The translations under genes and the position numbers were made by a program. The notes beneath the pieces were generated by a model, which worked only from the letters and a program-made list of their open reading frames with translations, had not been told where the DNA came from and searched no databases. DNA of 64,000 nt from assembly GCA_951406725.2 (NCBI GenBank), contig OX597814.1:141546001-141610000 (forward strand), in the 5' to 3' direction. Of this stretch, positions 24,795 to 37,168 are shown piece by piece. The stretch comes from Octopus vulgaris (Eukaryota). Positions within the stretch are counted from its first letter, which is position 1. The number at the start of each line of letters is the position of its first letter.

Positions 24795-26820
24795 GATATT
24801 GGATTGTCTTTCTGGTTTTACAATTTATATCTCTTAGTTTCTACTTAGTCCAAGTCAGGAAAGCAGCCGAATATAGTATTAGAGAAACCACCCATGTGTT
24901 TACAGCAGAGATGTTTTTCCCTCCTTTCAGTTTTGAGCTTAACACTTTTTTTTAACTCTCCTGAGATATTCATTTCTTATCTTCTCTTTCATTTCTTGAC
25001 AGAAAATTCTATCTGCCTCAAAAACTCCTAAGTACTTCCAACTGTTACCCTCATTCGTTGCTCGGGCTGATGTTTCATCTAGGAGTTTAATCCCTCCTGA
25101 CTTGGATATTTTTCAACTCCTAATTGTTAGCACCGCACTTTATCCATTCCAAACTCCATGCCAATGTCATCAATCACAACTCACTCTGACAGTCTAAATC
25201 AGTGGATCTAAAGCTTTCTCACTTATAGCAAACAATATAATTCCAGGTCGTCCATAACAGGAGGTAGTTTATTTTCCCACCAGTATTAAATTCAGAGCAT
25301 GATTTAGCTTCTCTCAAGCTCAATACTATAGGGATAACAGCAACGAAGAACAGCAGTATAGAGAGTGAATCAACTTGGAATATTCCCCTACTTATGCTGA
25401 CTTTACCTAAGTTATCTTAATCTGATGTTAATATAGTTCTCCATTTTGGCATACTATTTTGTAAGAGCTGGACAACGTTTTCAGCTATTCCTAGCATACT
25501 GGGGCATTCTAAAATCTATGAATGTAGCACGCTATCATACATCCTTTGCAATAACACCAGTTAACAACTTCAACATCAGCGGAAGGCAAGTGATTGGCCG
25601 GTAGTTAGATGCTATATTTTCTTCCTTCTGATCTTTCAGTATCAATACCGTCCTGCCTTTTGTCATCCATTTAGGAACATCACCTATCTCATATACAACT
25701 ATTCTGTTGCGTGCTCATTCTATTGTGAAAAGCAGAGAAACGTTTTAGCCAAAATCCCTGGATCAAATCTAGTCCAGGAGATTTTCGTTTTGGCATCCCT
25801 TTCAAGTCATATTTCAACTATTCTGTGATCTCTATGCTTCTCTTGTGACAAATCTGCGTTGTTTGCTGTTATCATTTTTAATCATTCTGCTTCGCCATTG
25901 TGTTTCACTTCGTGGCTAAAAATATTTCTTCAGAATTCTTTTCTTGTTGGGCAGTGCATTCACTGTAACACCTCCATTTTGTCCCTTGTAAAATCTTTGT
26001 CTACACTATTCAATTCTGGTCTTGTATCTCTTGATCCTGGCAAATTTCGCTTTTATCCTTTGTCTTAATTCTTCCATCACTCTCCTATGTCCTTTGGTTC
26101 TGCCAATAATTTCGTTTGATTGATTCACAGAACCTAGTTTTAATCTTATCCCTGTTTCTAAGGATCTCTACCCTTGCAAGGTCTTTTTGCAACTGGTCTA
26201 CCTTTCCCTGCAATCGCCTTTTCCATCGGGTGTCTCTTTGAGGTTGTGATATCTTCACTCCAAGTCTTTCAGTTCTTACCACTGCTGCTGCATGTGGAGG
26301 CACATGGCCTAGTGGTTGGAGCATGACCTAGTGGTCAGTTCGAATCTCAGACCGGGCAATGTGTATGTTTATGAGCGAAACACCTCAGCTCCACGCGGCT
26401 CCGGCAGAAGTTAATGGTGAACTTCTCCTGACTCTTTTGCCACAACTTTCTCTCACTCTTTCCTACTGCATCTTGCAGCTCACCTGCGACGGACCGGCGT
26501 CCCATCCAGGTGGGGAACCTATACGCCAAGAAAACCGGGAAACCGGCCCTAATGAGCCAGGCATGGCTCGAGAAGGAACAAACTGCTGCGGCATACATCT
26601 ATTTGTTGTTCATGGTGGTGTCATTACTTCTGATCTTGTCCAAGACTTGCTTAACTGTGTCTCTTTCACAATTATGTTCTTTATCTTTTTCTTTCATCTG
26701 GCTGAGTAATATCACGAAGTCTGTCATCAATACCCACCATACAAACAACAAATTCCTCCAGACACTTCTCATCTCCAGAAGATATTCCACTCCTCGATTC
26801 CGAGCGATCAGACATCACAT
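24795..26820 (-). mobile_element. Older Dong-type element of another subfamily (N-terminus to RT thumb; 3' end missing)
   Basis: Minus frames: YAAAVV..WKRRLQ, SPGLDLIQGFWLK, NYRPITCLPLMLKLL, YGRPGII (decayed YMDD region), SSKLKGGKNISAVNTW. Confidence 0.85.
26294..26581 (+). mobile_element. tRNA-derived SINE family D, inserted in the Dong element
   Basis: Head GGCACATGGCCTAGTGGTT..GTTCGAATC, central CCTGCGACGGACCGGCGTCCCATCCAGG; 13-bp TSD ACTGCTGC(T/G)GCAT at 26281-26293 and 26582-26594. Confidence 0.88.
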
Positions 26821-26824
26821 GTAG

Positions 26825-28432
26825 CTAGTCTGATCGGGGCGAGCAGTAGGAAATAAAAAATAAAAGAAGAAAAAGATAAGAAATACAAAACCGCAGACAA
26901 AGAACAATCCTCGCCCACACAAACGGGGCGAGGATAAAAAAAAACCCTGAAAAGCTAAAAATACCCAAAACAGACACTACATCACTAGCACTGCCACAAA
27001 CAACTGAAACACTACTCCAATCAACAAACCACAAGCACAACCAATGCCACATACACAAGAACAACAACAACGGCAGCAGCAAATACAAAGTAAAAGCAGT
27101 ACTATTACAAACTACACGGCAATTAACTAAAAAAAAAAATGCGAATCTTATGAATTACATAAAATTACACACGAATATAAGAGATTTTGTTACACCCAGA
27201 ATCTCCGCACCTACACACGTACAAGTCATTCAAACAGCACAAGACGCATACACACACCTAAAAACGAAATTCCCGCAGGAAATCGGAGATTCTCGAGGGA
27301 GTATCACCAGGAGAATACTTGGTCATTTTCTAGCGGAAACACCCCAATCCAACAAGAGTGACAAACTGCCCGTTGGTCAGGCTGTCTACCTGCTGTTAGC
27401 ACCCACTGCATGGTGGACTGGGCATGCCGTGGTTGATGATGCACAAACATGTGCTAAAATTACATCGCCTGCGCTTCATTGACGGTGAACAAGTGTGGTC
27501 GCCTTTCGCCAGACACGTATTTCCCCAGCTACTCTTGTTAACGAAGCTGCAATTCTGTGTCGAACAGAGACCGAGAGAAGGCATTTGAAAAATGGAATGT
27601 CTTCAAGCGCTCACAGCCCTCAGCCTGTCAGACATTGCGATAGATGGAAAGTCCAGTTTAGCTTTCTATAGAGGATTAGTGGATGAAAAGTTCGACGACT
27701 TTCTTGGGGAAACCTTGGGCGTCGAAGAAGATCAGCTAGCGGCTATCTTCCGGAGAACTTTCGGCCTGGGACTGATGGATAATTTGTAAAAATCTCTGAC
27801 CTGGCTTCGTCTGTTCCGGATAAACTATACAGACACAGAAGTGCCTGACAACATAGTATGTCTGTCCTGCATGCACTCGTCCAGTGCTCAAGCATTGCTC
27901 AGCTGTGGGTTTATGTCGAACACTTCCTGTCGCATGTGGGACGGATCCGGTTATCAACTGAATCCATCATGGAGATCGTCCCGCCGCCTCTTTTCACCGG
28001 AAGGGCAGGCTGTCTTTATATGCCTGGTGGCCATGGCGAAATAGGTTGTATGGTGAAAGAGACTGAAAGGGCTGAAGACAAACACTTTTCTTTTTGGCCA
28101 ATGCTTGATCAATTTCACGTTTCACTTGAAAAGAAAAATAAAGGTGGAGTGGGAAGTGTTGCCTTCTAGCCATTTTGCTGAAAGGTGGATGAGAGTGGCG
28201 AGAATGGTGGGAGTGAACGAGCCTGCTCTGAGCATACACCCCTAATCGGAGAAGAAGAAATGAGAATAGATACCTGCCCCAGAAGTCAGTGCAGTCGTGG
28301 TTTTATGGGGTTTTCTATGAGTAGCCCTCGTTCATCAATTTCTCTATTGCGGATTATACATTGTTAATAATGTCTTTATTTTTATTACGTTAAACCTGTT
28401 TACACACAAAACTCTCACGACACACACTCATA

Positions 28433-28501
<69 letters not shown>

Positions 28502-28571
28502 TCTTTGTTTTTGTCCTGTACTATCCATAATGTTTGTATTAATATAAACCCTTTGTGGTCAATAAAGAAAC
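26825..28571 (+). mobile_element. Tx1/L1-type LINE, internally deleted (ORF1-like A-rich start, ORF2 3' end, 3' UTR)
   Basis: SVLHALVQCSSIAQLWVYVEH (C-terminal zinc-knuckle region), AVFICLVAMAK.VVW; 3' UTR ends GTCAATAAAGAAA; paralogue at 2745. Confidence 0.72.
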
Positions 28572-28597
28572 CGTCATGTCCTTTTAGTAGAAAGGAT

Positions 28598-28608
28598 TAT
28601 CATTATTA

Positions 28609-28670
<62 letters not shown>

Positions 28671-28845
28671 GTTGTTGTTGTTGTCTTCTTTCAATCTTGT
28701 TTCCTTTTGTTGCTGAGAGTCTTCTTGACACCAAGGGCAGACACTAACCGTATATTGTTGTTATCATTATTATAATAATAATAATTATTATTATTATTAT
28801 TATTGTTGTTGTTGTTGCTCTTGTTGTTATTGTTGTTGTTACTGT

Positions 28846-28891
<46 letters not shown>

Positions 28892-28974
28892 GTTATTATT
28901 ATTATTATTATTATTGTTATTATTATTATTATTATTATTATAATTATTATTATTGTTATTATTATTATTATTAA

Positions 28975-29070
<96 letters not shown>

Positions 29071-29075
29071 CATTA
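28598..29075. repeat. Long (ATT)n/(GTT)n/(ACT)n tract containing a Dong 3' UTR stub at 28684-28755
   Basis: Visible runs; stub matches TCTTCTTGACA...GGGCAGA of 22879-22900. Confidence 0.9.
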
Positions 29076-29379
29076 TGCTAACGGACAATCTACCACTATA
29101 TTGCTTATCTCTTGTTTCTGTGATAAATTTCCACCTGGATACGACGTCTGAGTTTTACAGCTAGTTCTTACTTTTTTTCTCAGTCGGTGTAGTTTTGACT
29201 CCGTACTTCAAACTAACGAATTACTAGACTCTTATCAGTAGCCCAGTAATCTACAGCACGATGTAATTACTTGGTGTTAAGTCGACTGGGCCAGTAAGAC
29301 CTATGAGGTTTGGTTATCATCAGATCTTCCTTATCAACTCAGCCATACTTGGTTCCAAATGTGTGCAATTCGTGTGCGT

Positions 29380-29722
29380 GTGTGTGTGTGTGAGAGGGCG
29401 TCTGTGTATGTATGCACACACACACGCACGCACACACATATATATATATATACATTATATACATATTCATACACACACACATATTCACACACACACACAC
29501 GCGCGTATATATCCTTATACATATACACTCACAAGTTAAGTTATTTATATATATATAAAGATTATATATGTCCATAAACTTGTAAGCAAACTGTATAATT
29601 TTGTAGGTGTATATATGTATGTGTGTATGTATACACACAGACACACACACGCGCACACAATCACATGCCATTCCGTAGTATACATGTTTACGTGCGTGCG
29701 TGTGTGTGTGTGTGTTTGTGCG

Positions 29723-29765
<43 letters not shown>

Positions 29766-29990
29766 CTATATGCGTGTATGTGTGCACACGTGCATTTACG
29801 TATAGTTCATGATTCTTTCATTCTTCATTTATATTAAGAGCTAGTTTCTAAAGCACACATACACATAGACACAGAAACACGTATGTATGTATGTATGTAT
29901 GTATGTATGTATGTATGTATGTATGTATGTGTGTATGTATGTATGTATGTATGTATGTATGTATGTATGTATGTATGTATGTATGTATGT
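29380..29990. repeat. (CA)n/(TG)n/(TATG)n microsatellite cluster
   Basis: Visible runs. Confidence 0.93.
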
Positions 29991-29992
29991 CA

Positions 29993-30363
29993 TTATTACT
30001 TTTGCTTTAACGAAGGCGGAGGTATTATTTTCAGTCGTGTTTGTTTGTTTATTCGTGGGCAAGATATCTCAAGAACTACAGGATGGATTTAAATGAAATT
30101 TTCAGGGATGTTTGGCCTCGTGACTGGCACGAGCCAATTGGATTTCGGGATCGATCCGGTACCGGACGAGGATTCTGGATTATTTTTACTGTCTTTTCAC
30201 TTAATTTTTGAGAGCAGTTCGTGTTCAATTTTAGTATTCTCGTTTGTGAAAGCAGTCGAGTTTATTTTAGGTATTCTCATTTTAAAACATCATCTCTGGC
30301 TAATCGTTAAGAGGACGTTAGTGTTTCCTTGGCAGAGGTTTGCGCTCCCTGAGTATTCCTGTT
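29993..30363 (+). mobile_element. Non-autonomous Helentron-type (HINE/DINE-like) element
   Basis: TTATTAC start with hairpin ..AAGGCGGAGGT, (TGTT)n, AAGATATCTCAA..GGATTTAAATGAAATT, 3' sub-TIR TTGGCAGAGGT, then hairpin-like GCGCTCCCTGAGTAT and GTT. Confidence 0.72.
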
Positions 30364-30432
30364 CAGTTTTATTTCAAGGTTTCTTGCCAATAGAGGAAGA
30401 TCCAGTTTCTAATCTAGATCCATGGCTCCTTG

Positions 30433-30701
30433 TCCGGACAGCTCGGTGATTCAAAAAGGGGGCAACAAAAACATCCAGATAGACGATACAAAGAAAACAA
30501 GGACGGGTTATTCGAAGTTTTCTTTCCTCAGTCAAGCACCAGATTATCCTCGCAACTTCGGCTGATTATTCTTGAGATTGCTCCAATCTGGCCAGCCCCA
30601 AGGAAAAACTAAGCTAAGAGCATTAGATTAATGTTTTGTTGTCCCCTCTTTGTATCATCTAGCTGTCCGGATGTTTTGCGTTCTTGCCCCATTTTGTATT
30701 T

Positions 30702-30710
<9 letters not shown>
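30433..30710. mobile_element. Second copy of the 16.9-kb repeat family, with internal inversion
   Basis: 30433-30474 inverted against 30631-30671; ends GTTTTGCGTTCTTG(C/T)CCCATTTTGTATTT + (TA)n as at 17078-17110. Confidence 0.7.
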
Positions 30711-30760
<50 letters not shown>

Positions 30761-30971
30761 GGAGAGAGAGAAAGAGAGAGAGAGAGAGAGAATTTGAGGG
30801 AGTAAGAGGGAGATTACTTGTCAGATATTTATTAGTATTTATAACTACATCAATGATTATAGAGCATAAATGTGACATCATAATAGAAATAGAAAAGCTA
30901 TAACTTTCGAAATAATTGATCACAGTATTCTCTTTCTCATTAATTTTATGAAATGTTCACATCCGCTGTAC

Positions 30972-31118
30972 TTCAACTCCAGTGCACAACTGGTATTATT
31001 TTATCGACCCCGAAAGGATGACTGGCGAAGTCGATTTCGGCAGAATTTGAACTCAGGTCGTAAAGGCGGACGAAATGCCGCTAAGCATTTTGCCTGGCGT
31101 GCTGACGATTCAGCCATC
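30972..31118 (-). mobile_element. SINE family B fragment
   Basis: ATCGACCCCGAAAGGATG..AATTTGAACTCAG..CTAAGCATTT. Confidence 0.82.
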
Positions 31119-31497
31119 TCAAATGTAAAACTGATATGTTGTACTTGTCCAGAAAAAAAAGGTGGGAGAGGTTTGATCATATGTCAGGATTCTATTGAAG
31201 CTTGAAGGAACCAGAAAATGTGAACATTATGAAATGTTCACATCTGCTTCTCAACCAGTTTTCCAAGTTAGTTGTGCTTACGTTTAGTGGATGTTTGGCT
31301 GGGAATGTGCCACCAAAACTCTTTGTGCTGCACTGTGTGAATGTTCTCAGGAGCAGAAGTTACTTTTTATATTTGTCTGAGAGTAATCTTTCTAGACAAA
31401 CAACATTATATATATATCATTTTAGCATCGACGCCATGCCACCTGGTATGGAAGTAATTTGGTATTTGTGGAAGTAGTCGATCGCATATTTAATAAT

Positions 31498-31706
31498 CCT
31501 TTCTACTATAGACACAATGTCAGAAATTTAGGGAAGGGGAATAGTCGATTACATCTACCCCTGTGTTCAACCGGTATTTATTTTATCGACTCCAAAAGGA
31601 TAAATGGCAAGTCGACCTCGACGGGATTTGAACTGAGAACGTAAGGACGGACGAACTGCAGCTAAGCATTTTGCCCGGCGTGTTAACGATTCTGCCAGCT
31701 CGCCAC
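31498..31706 (-). mobile_element. SINE family B copy
   Basis: Ends GATTCTGCCAGCTCGCCACC (reverse complement of head). Confidence 0.87.
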
Positions 31707-31953
31707 CGAAAATCGCATGTATAATAATAATGACTGTTACATAAGGGGCTTTTCTGCCACGTTTTATGTGTTGGAGTGTTTTTACTGCCTCTGTCTTTGA
31801 TGTGTTCTCTCTCTCTCTCACACACACTGTCTGTCGGTCTGTCCGTCTTTCTGTCTGTCTGTCTCTCCTCTCCCTCTTTCTCTTTGTTGTTCCATATGTT
31901 TTTTGTAAAGCTATACCTGCATTTGGATTGCTGATGCATATTCTCATTCAATC

Positions 31954-32278
31954 CTGGCACTCCGCCGGTTACGATGACGAAGGTTCCAGTTGATCTGATC
32001 AACGGAACAATCTGCTCGTGAAATTAGCCTGCGAGTGGCTGAGCGCTCCACAGACACGCGTACCTTTAACGTAGTTCTAAGGGAGATTGATTGTGACACA
32101 AAATGCAACAAGGCTGGTTCTTTGAAATACAGGTACTGCTAATTTTTGCCAGCTAAGTGGACTGGAGTAACATGAAAAGAAGTGTCTTGCTCATTGACAC
32201 AACGTACCACCGGGAATCGAATTCCCGACGTTATGGTAATGAGCCGTATACCCTAACCACTGAGCTAAGTACCCTCAT
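31954..32278 (-). mobile_element. tRNA-derived SINE family C
   Basis: Minus head TAGCTCAGTGGTTAGGG..ATTCGATTCCC (A/B boxes), GTTGTGTCAATGAGCAAGACAC; tail homologous to 37490-37645 and 54625-54680. Confidence 0.85.
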
Positions 32279-32289
32279 TCACATTCAAT

Positions 32290-32710
32290 AATCCTTAGGC
32301 AAGATTCACAACGGAGTGTTACTCTCACATCTGAGGCGGTGTTGCTACACACACAGACATCCTAGAACTACATTCAGGAAAGGACTATCCAACTAATTGG
32401 TATAGAGTTACTCAATGACATGGTCCAGTCTGGCCCACTCGTGCGCTGATTCATCTCCCAAACTTTGCTGCCGCTACTATAATGTCCTCTACTCCTCTAA
32501 GTTAACTTGACTCATGCCACCTCCACTCAGAAATTCCCGACTCTAGTCTCACCTCCTTTCAACTTTCATAGCTCCTCAAGCTCCAAACTAATCTCTATAC
32601 CCATTTCTTTCTTTCCAGAATGTTGGCCCTCTGGAATTCTCTCCCTACCGCTCATATTTTTTCTACAGTTTGTGATTTACAATTGTCCAAAATGAACAAT
32701 AATGACATCG
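32290..32710 (+). mobile_element. Highly decayed 3' end of a Jockey/CR1-group LINE
   Basis: Remnants CCRYYNVLYSS and SFFPE..LWNSLP across frames. Confidence 0.5.
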
Positions 32711-32713
32711 TTT

Positions 32714-32912
32714 AAGGCGGCGAGCTGGCAGAATCGTTAGCACACCGAGCAAAATGTTTAACTGCATTCGTCCCTCTTTACATCCTGTGTTCAAATTCCG
32801 CCGTGTTCAATTTCAGGGTCGATAAAATAAGGGCCAGTTGAACACTTTGGTCGATATAATCGACTAGGCCCCTCCCACAAAATTGCTTATTTTGTACCAA
32901 AATTTGAAACCA
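32714..32912 (+). mobile_element. SINE family B copy
   Basis: AAGGCGGCGAGCTGGCAGAATCGTTAGC..GTTCAAATTCCGCC. Confidence 0.88.
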
Positions 32913-32924
32913 ATTTTATGTTAA

Positions 32925-33337
32925 TTCTTTTTACGTTTTTCAGTCATTTGACAGCAGCCATACTGGAGCACCACCTTACAGAGTTTTCCAGTCGAAGAAA
33001 TCGACCCCAGGGCTTATTCTTTGCAAACCTAGTACTTATTCTATCGGTGTCTTTTGCCGAACCGCTAAGTTACGGGGATGTACACACACCAACATCAGTT
33101 GTCAAACGCTGGTAGCGGGAACAAACATACATAAAGACACATACACATAAATATATACATACATATATATATACGACGGGATTCTTTCAGTTTTCGTCTA
33201 CCAAATTCATTCAGAAGACTTTGGTCGACTCGAGGTTATAGTAGAAAACACTTGCCCAAGGTGCCACGCAGTAGGACTGAAGCCGTAACCATGTGGCTAG
33301 CAAGCAAGCTTCTTACCACACAGTCACACCTGCGCCT
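32925..33337 (-). mobile_element. SINE family A, full length
   Basis: Head, CORE-like CCTTGGGCAAGTG, internal microsatellite and tail all present. Confidence 0.9.
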
Positions 33338-33781
33338 AATGCTTACAAGAAACTAATACCTTGTACTAATGCGTAATATTTCTCCATTCTCAGCATCAAT
33401 GTCTGGCCTGTTGTACGTATATTTTAGAAAGGTTTTAAGAGGAACATTCCACCAGTATACTTTCAATTGAGCGATCTTTTCAAATAAGCCAATCACATCG
33501 CTGTATATTCATATATGTTGATTTTCAGGATTATCCTGCATCAAAATCTCGTGCCGAAAGTAAATACTAAGAGTTGGTAGTAGGATTTAATAAGATAAAC
33601 TGTGGAAAATATATAAAAAGATAATGCTTTATCATGCCTTATCAATGCCTTATTTAGAAACAATATATCAACTTATTTTCACAACAAAAATATTTACTAG
33701 AAGGAAACAGATACACGCATGCGCGCGCGTGCATATAAGTGTGTGTGTGTGTGTAAATGTATATGTGTATATGTATATGTG

Positions 33782-33846
<65 letters not shown>

Positions 33847-33864
33847 CTGTATGTATGCCATTAT

Positions 33865-34130
33865 TCTATTTTATTTCAAAATTTCTTGCCAATGGAGAAA
33901 GAGTCGGTTTCTAACCGAAATCCAAGGCCCGTTCTTTGGAATTTCAACAACATCAAAATTATGTTTATGTATGTATGTATTTATATATGTATGTATATAA
34001 ATACATACATACATACATACATACATACATACATACATACATACATACATACATACAAAAATAACATTTTGATGTTGTTGAAATTCCAAAGAAAGAGCAA
34101 GAAATCTTGAAGTAAAACAGAATAATAACA
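33865..34130. repeat. Short repeat with a perfect 28-bp inverted duplication around (TACA)n
   Basis: 33932-33959 is the reverse complement of 34066-34093; related sequence at 30365-30430 and 38430-38510. Confidence 0.75.
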
Positions 34131-34140
34131 TACATACATG

Positions 34141-35533
34141 CAAAACCATTTCAGATTTTCTTCCAGAGCTTCCTCGAAACTGGGAGACTTCCCAAGAAGT
34201 TGAAAGAAGGCATAATATGTCATATCCATAACAGAGGTAACAGAGCAGATGCTAAAAATGATAGACCTGTCTCTCTAATCTCCCATGTCAGCAAAGTCAC
34301 GGAACGCATTTTCTGGAAGAAACTGGTAGCGTTCCTTAAAGATAATGACTTGCTCCCTGACATCCAGCATGGCTTACACACAGGAAGAAGCTGCCTTACC
34401 CAGCTTTTGCATTATCATGAATGGGTGTTGAAACAATTAATGACTCACTCAAACGTGAACGTGATATATCTTGATTTTGCAAAAGCCTTTGATAAGGTTG
34501 ATCATGGGATGAAATGTCACATGGTACGGAGGCTTGGCATAGCCGGGACTGGGTGAGCGATTGCATGACTTCTTAAGAGACAGAAACCAGGCTGTGGAAG
34601 TCAATGGACCCCTCTCCAAGAAGTCATTAATAGAAAGTAGAGTTCTTCAGGGAACTGTATTGGGGCCGCTGCTGTTCATGGTGACTCTTTCAGACATGTT
34701 ATCAGTTACATAGATATCACACTTACTAGCTACGCCGATGACACAAAAGTAGTACAAACCGTCAAAGAACCTTCTGATGCTACTCTCCTACAGAAAGAGC
34801 TAGATGCCATATACAGATTGGCGTCTTATATGCATATCACCAAAATGATGGCAATGTGCAGACGAATGGCAGGATGGATTTTGAGAACTTTCAGAGCAAG
34901 GGACCAGGAAATTATGCTGGTTCTATGGGGGACATTTGTACTCAGTCGTCTGGACCACTGCTCTCAACTGTGGTCATCCTACAGTGTCAAATTAATTGCA
35001 GAACTTGAGGCAGTTCAGCGGTGTTACACCAGGAAGATTGCACCAAAGGAGCGACTGAGTTATTTGGAGGGACTGAAAGTGCTACGACTCTACACCCTGG
35101 AGCAAAGACGGAAGAGGTATGCAGCTATATATGTTTGGGAGATCCGGGCACCAAATTTTCTTATCGAGAGCTACACCAGCCCCAGAAATATACGTCACTG
35201 CACTGTTCCAAAGGTCCTAGCTGTCCCGTCTAGAGTGAGGACCATGTACTGCAATAGCTTGCGATTCATACTATTTAACAACTTGCCAAAAAATCTGAAG
35301 ATCTTCATGGAGTAGGGGTAAATGCTTTCAAAAAACAACTTGAACTCCTGCTATCCAAGGTCCCAGATGAACCGATATCAAGGCAGGAAACCCAAAAGAA
35401 GGTAGCAGTGTGCAACTACCTCCTTCACCAAAAGCCAATCACATAAAATTGGTCATTGAAAGGGTGATTACACAGGCGGTGCTCCAGCATGGCCACGGCT
35501 TTAGGGCTGAAACACGTAAAAGAGTAAAAGAGA
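34141..35533 (+). mobile_element. CR1-group LINE, 5'-truncated, internally deleted RT pseudogene
   Basis: DRPVSLISHVSK, QHG..GRSCLTQLL, YLDFAKAFDKVDH, QGTVLGPLLF, YADDTK (34731), GWILRTF, DHCSQLWS. Confidence 0.92.
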
Positions 35534-36504
35534 ATATATATATATATATACACACATATAATTAGCGACAGGAGCCTATTAATACCAAAGGGTATTATAT
35601 CTATGAAGATACATCCGAAAATCAACGAATGTTCATAGAGTAGATATAAAAGAAAATATGTAAATAGGAGAGAATGGATTGAGCAAACACACTATATTGC
35701 ATGATACTACAATTACTTCATCCTTACTTTACCAATAGATGATTGCCGAATTATTATTGTATAATAGCTACATTAAATTTATCATATTACATCTGTATTA
35801 TTACGGCAACACTGGTGAATGAAGGCTTGTCAGGTATGAACGCAAAATGTTTGCTAAATTAAACCATGTTCCACAGAATATATGTCTTAGCACATTAAAA
35901 AAAAGTAAGACCAAATACCACTGAATCATTAACTACTAACACAGGGTGAATGAAAAAAAATAATAGAAGTAGACTAATAAAAAAAAAATAAAAACTAAAA
36001 ATCCAATCTCTCGTGTGTGTGTGTGTATTATTGCTATTTTTGCACTTACATAAAATAAGTATATTTTCAAATTAACGAAAGCGAAACACATACAACATAA
36101 ACATCGTAACACGTACGTCAGTTATTGGTTCCTAGAAAAACGATGCAACGTGAAGAAACATTAAAAAAACTGATAGCTTGAATCTATTCTAATAAATGGT
36201 TTGTACTGATTTTCACAAGTATTTGATTTCATTTTCTACTTCAGTATTGGCTTTTAAGTGGGGGTTTTTTTCATATATATTTGCTGAGACCGACGTAAAA
36301 TCAGATAAATCGATTGAACTTGAGATTTATTTCTTCCGTTAATTTCTTAAAAAAAAAAATCAAACGAGGTAAAGTCGAAAAAGACATAACTCGAACCGAT
36401 TTAAGTTAAGGTATTCCTGTATAAGAATTGAAAAACTTAGATCGATCGAAATTATCCAACTAATTGATAAAATAAAAATCCCTTTAGAGATTTTTAATAT
36501 TGGT

Positions 36505-36714
36505 TTAAAATGTTTGCACAAGACCAGCAAGTTCGGATAAAGGAGACAATCGATTACATGACCCCAGTGTTTCACTGGTACATATTTTATCGATTCCGAA
36601 GGGAAGAAAGGTAAAGTCGATCACAGCACAGTTTGAAATCAGCGTGTAAAGACAAGCAAAATACCACTAAGCATTTTGTCCGGCATGCTAATGATTCTAC
36701 CAATTTGCCATCTT
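36505..36714 (-). mobile_element. SINE family B copy
   Basis: TTTTATCGATTCCGAAGG..AAAGTCGA..CTAAGCATTTTG. Confidence 0.8.
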
Positions 36715-36754
36715 AGATGGTTTTTAATAGTAAAAAATAAATAAAAACATAGAC

Positions 36755-36900
36755 GTTGGCATTGTTGTGTGGTTCGCAACCACGGGCTCATAGGTTGAGC
36801 CCCACTGTGTAGCACTCCCAGTAAGTGTCTTCTACTCTAGCTCTGCGCTAATCGATACCTTGTGAGTGAATTTGGTAAACAGAAACTGTGTGGAAGCCCA
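36755..36900 (+). mobile_element. SINE family A 5' fragment
   Basis: CCCCACTGTGTAGCAC..AAGTGTCTTCTACT..TTGTGAGTGAATTTGGTA. Confidence 0.72.
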
Positions 36901-37035
36901 GCATACACACACACACATATATTCATCATCATTATCATCATCATCATTCCTATCATCAGTTCTATGTTCAAGAGATGAGGAATTATGTACATTATTTACA
37001 TTTGACGGATATTTGTCTTCATCTTGTTTGTTGTT

Positions 37036-37081
37036 ATCACAACGTTTCGGCTGATATAACCTCTAACCTTCATCAGGTGTC
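37036..37081 (-). ncRNA. Minimal type-I hammerhead ribozyme motif (Penelope-type)
   Basis: Minus: GACAC CUGAUGA A GGUU..(loop)..AGCC GAAA CG U U GUGAU; canonical core, ACGU palindromic stem III. Confidence 0.7.
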
Positions 37082-37128
37082 TTGGCGAAATTTCGAACCT
37101 GGGTTCTCATTCCTAATGTATTTTTCGA

Positions 37129-37167
<39 letters not shown>

Positions 37168-37168
<1 letters not shown>

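Noticed and set aside
32205-32278. tRNA genes at SINE heads
   Set aside because: A/B boxes run into SINE bodies with no complete cloverleaf
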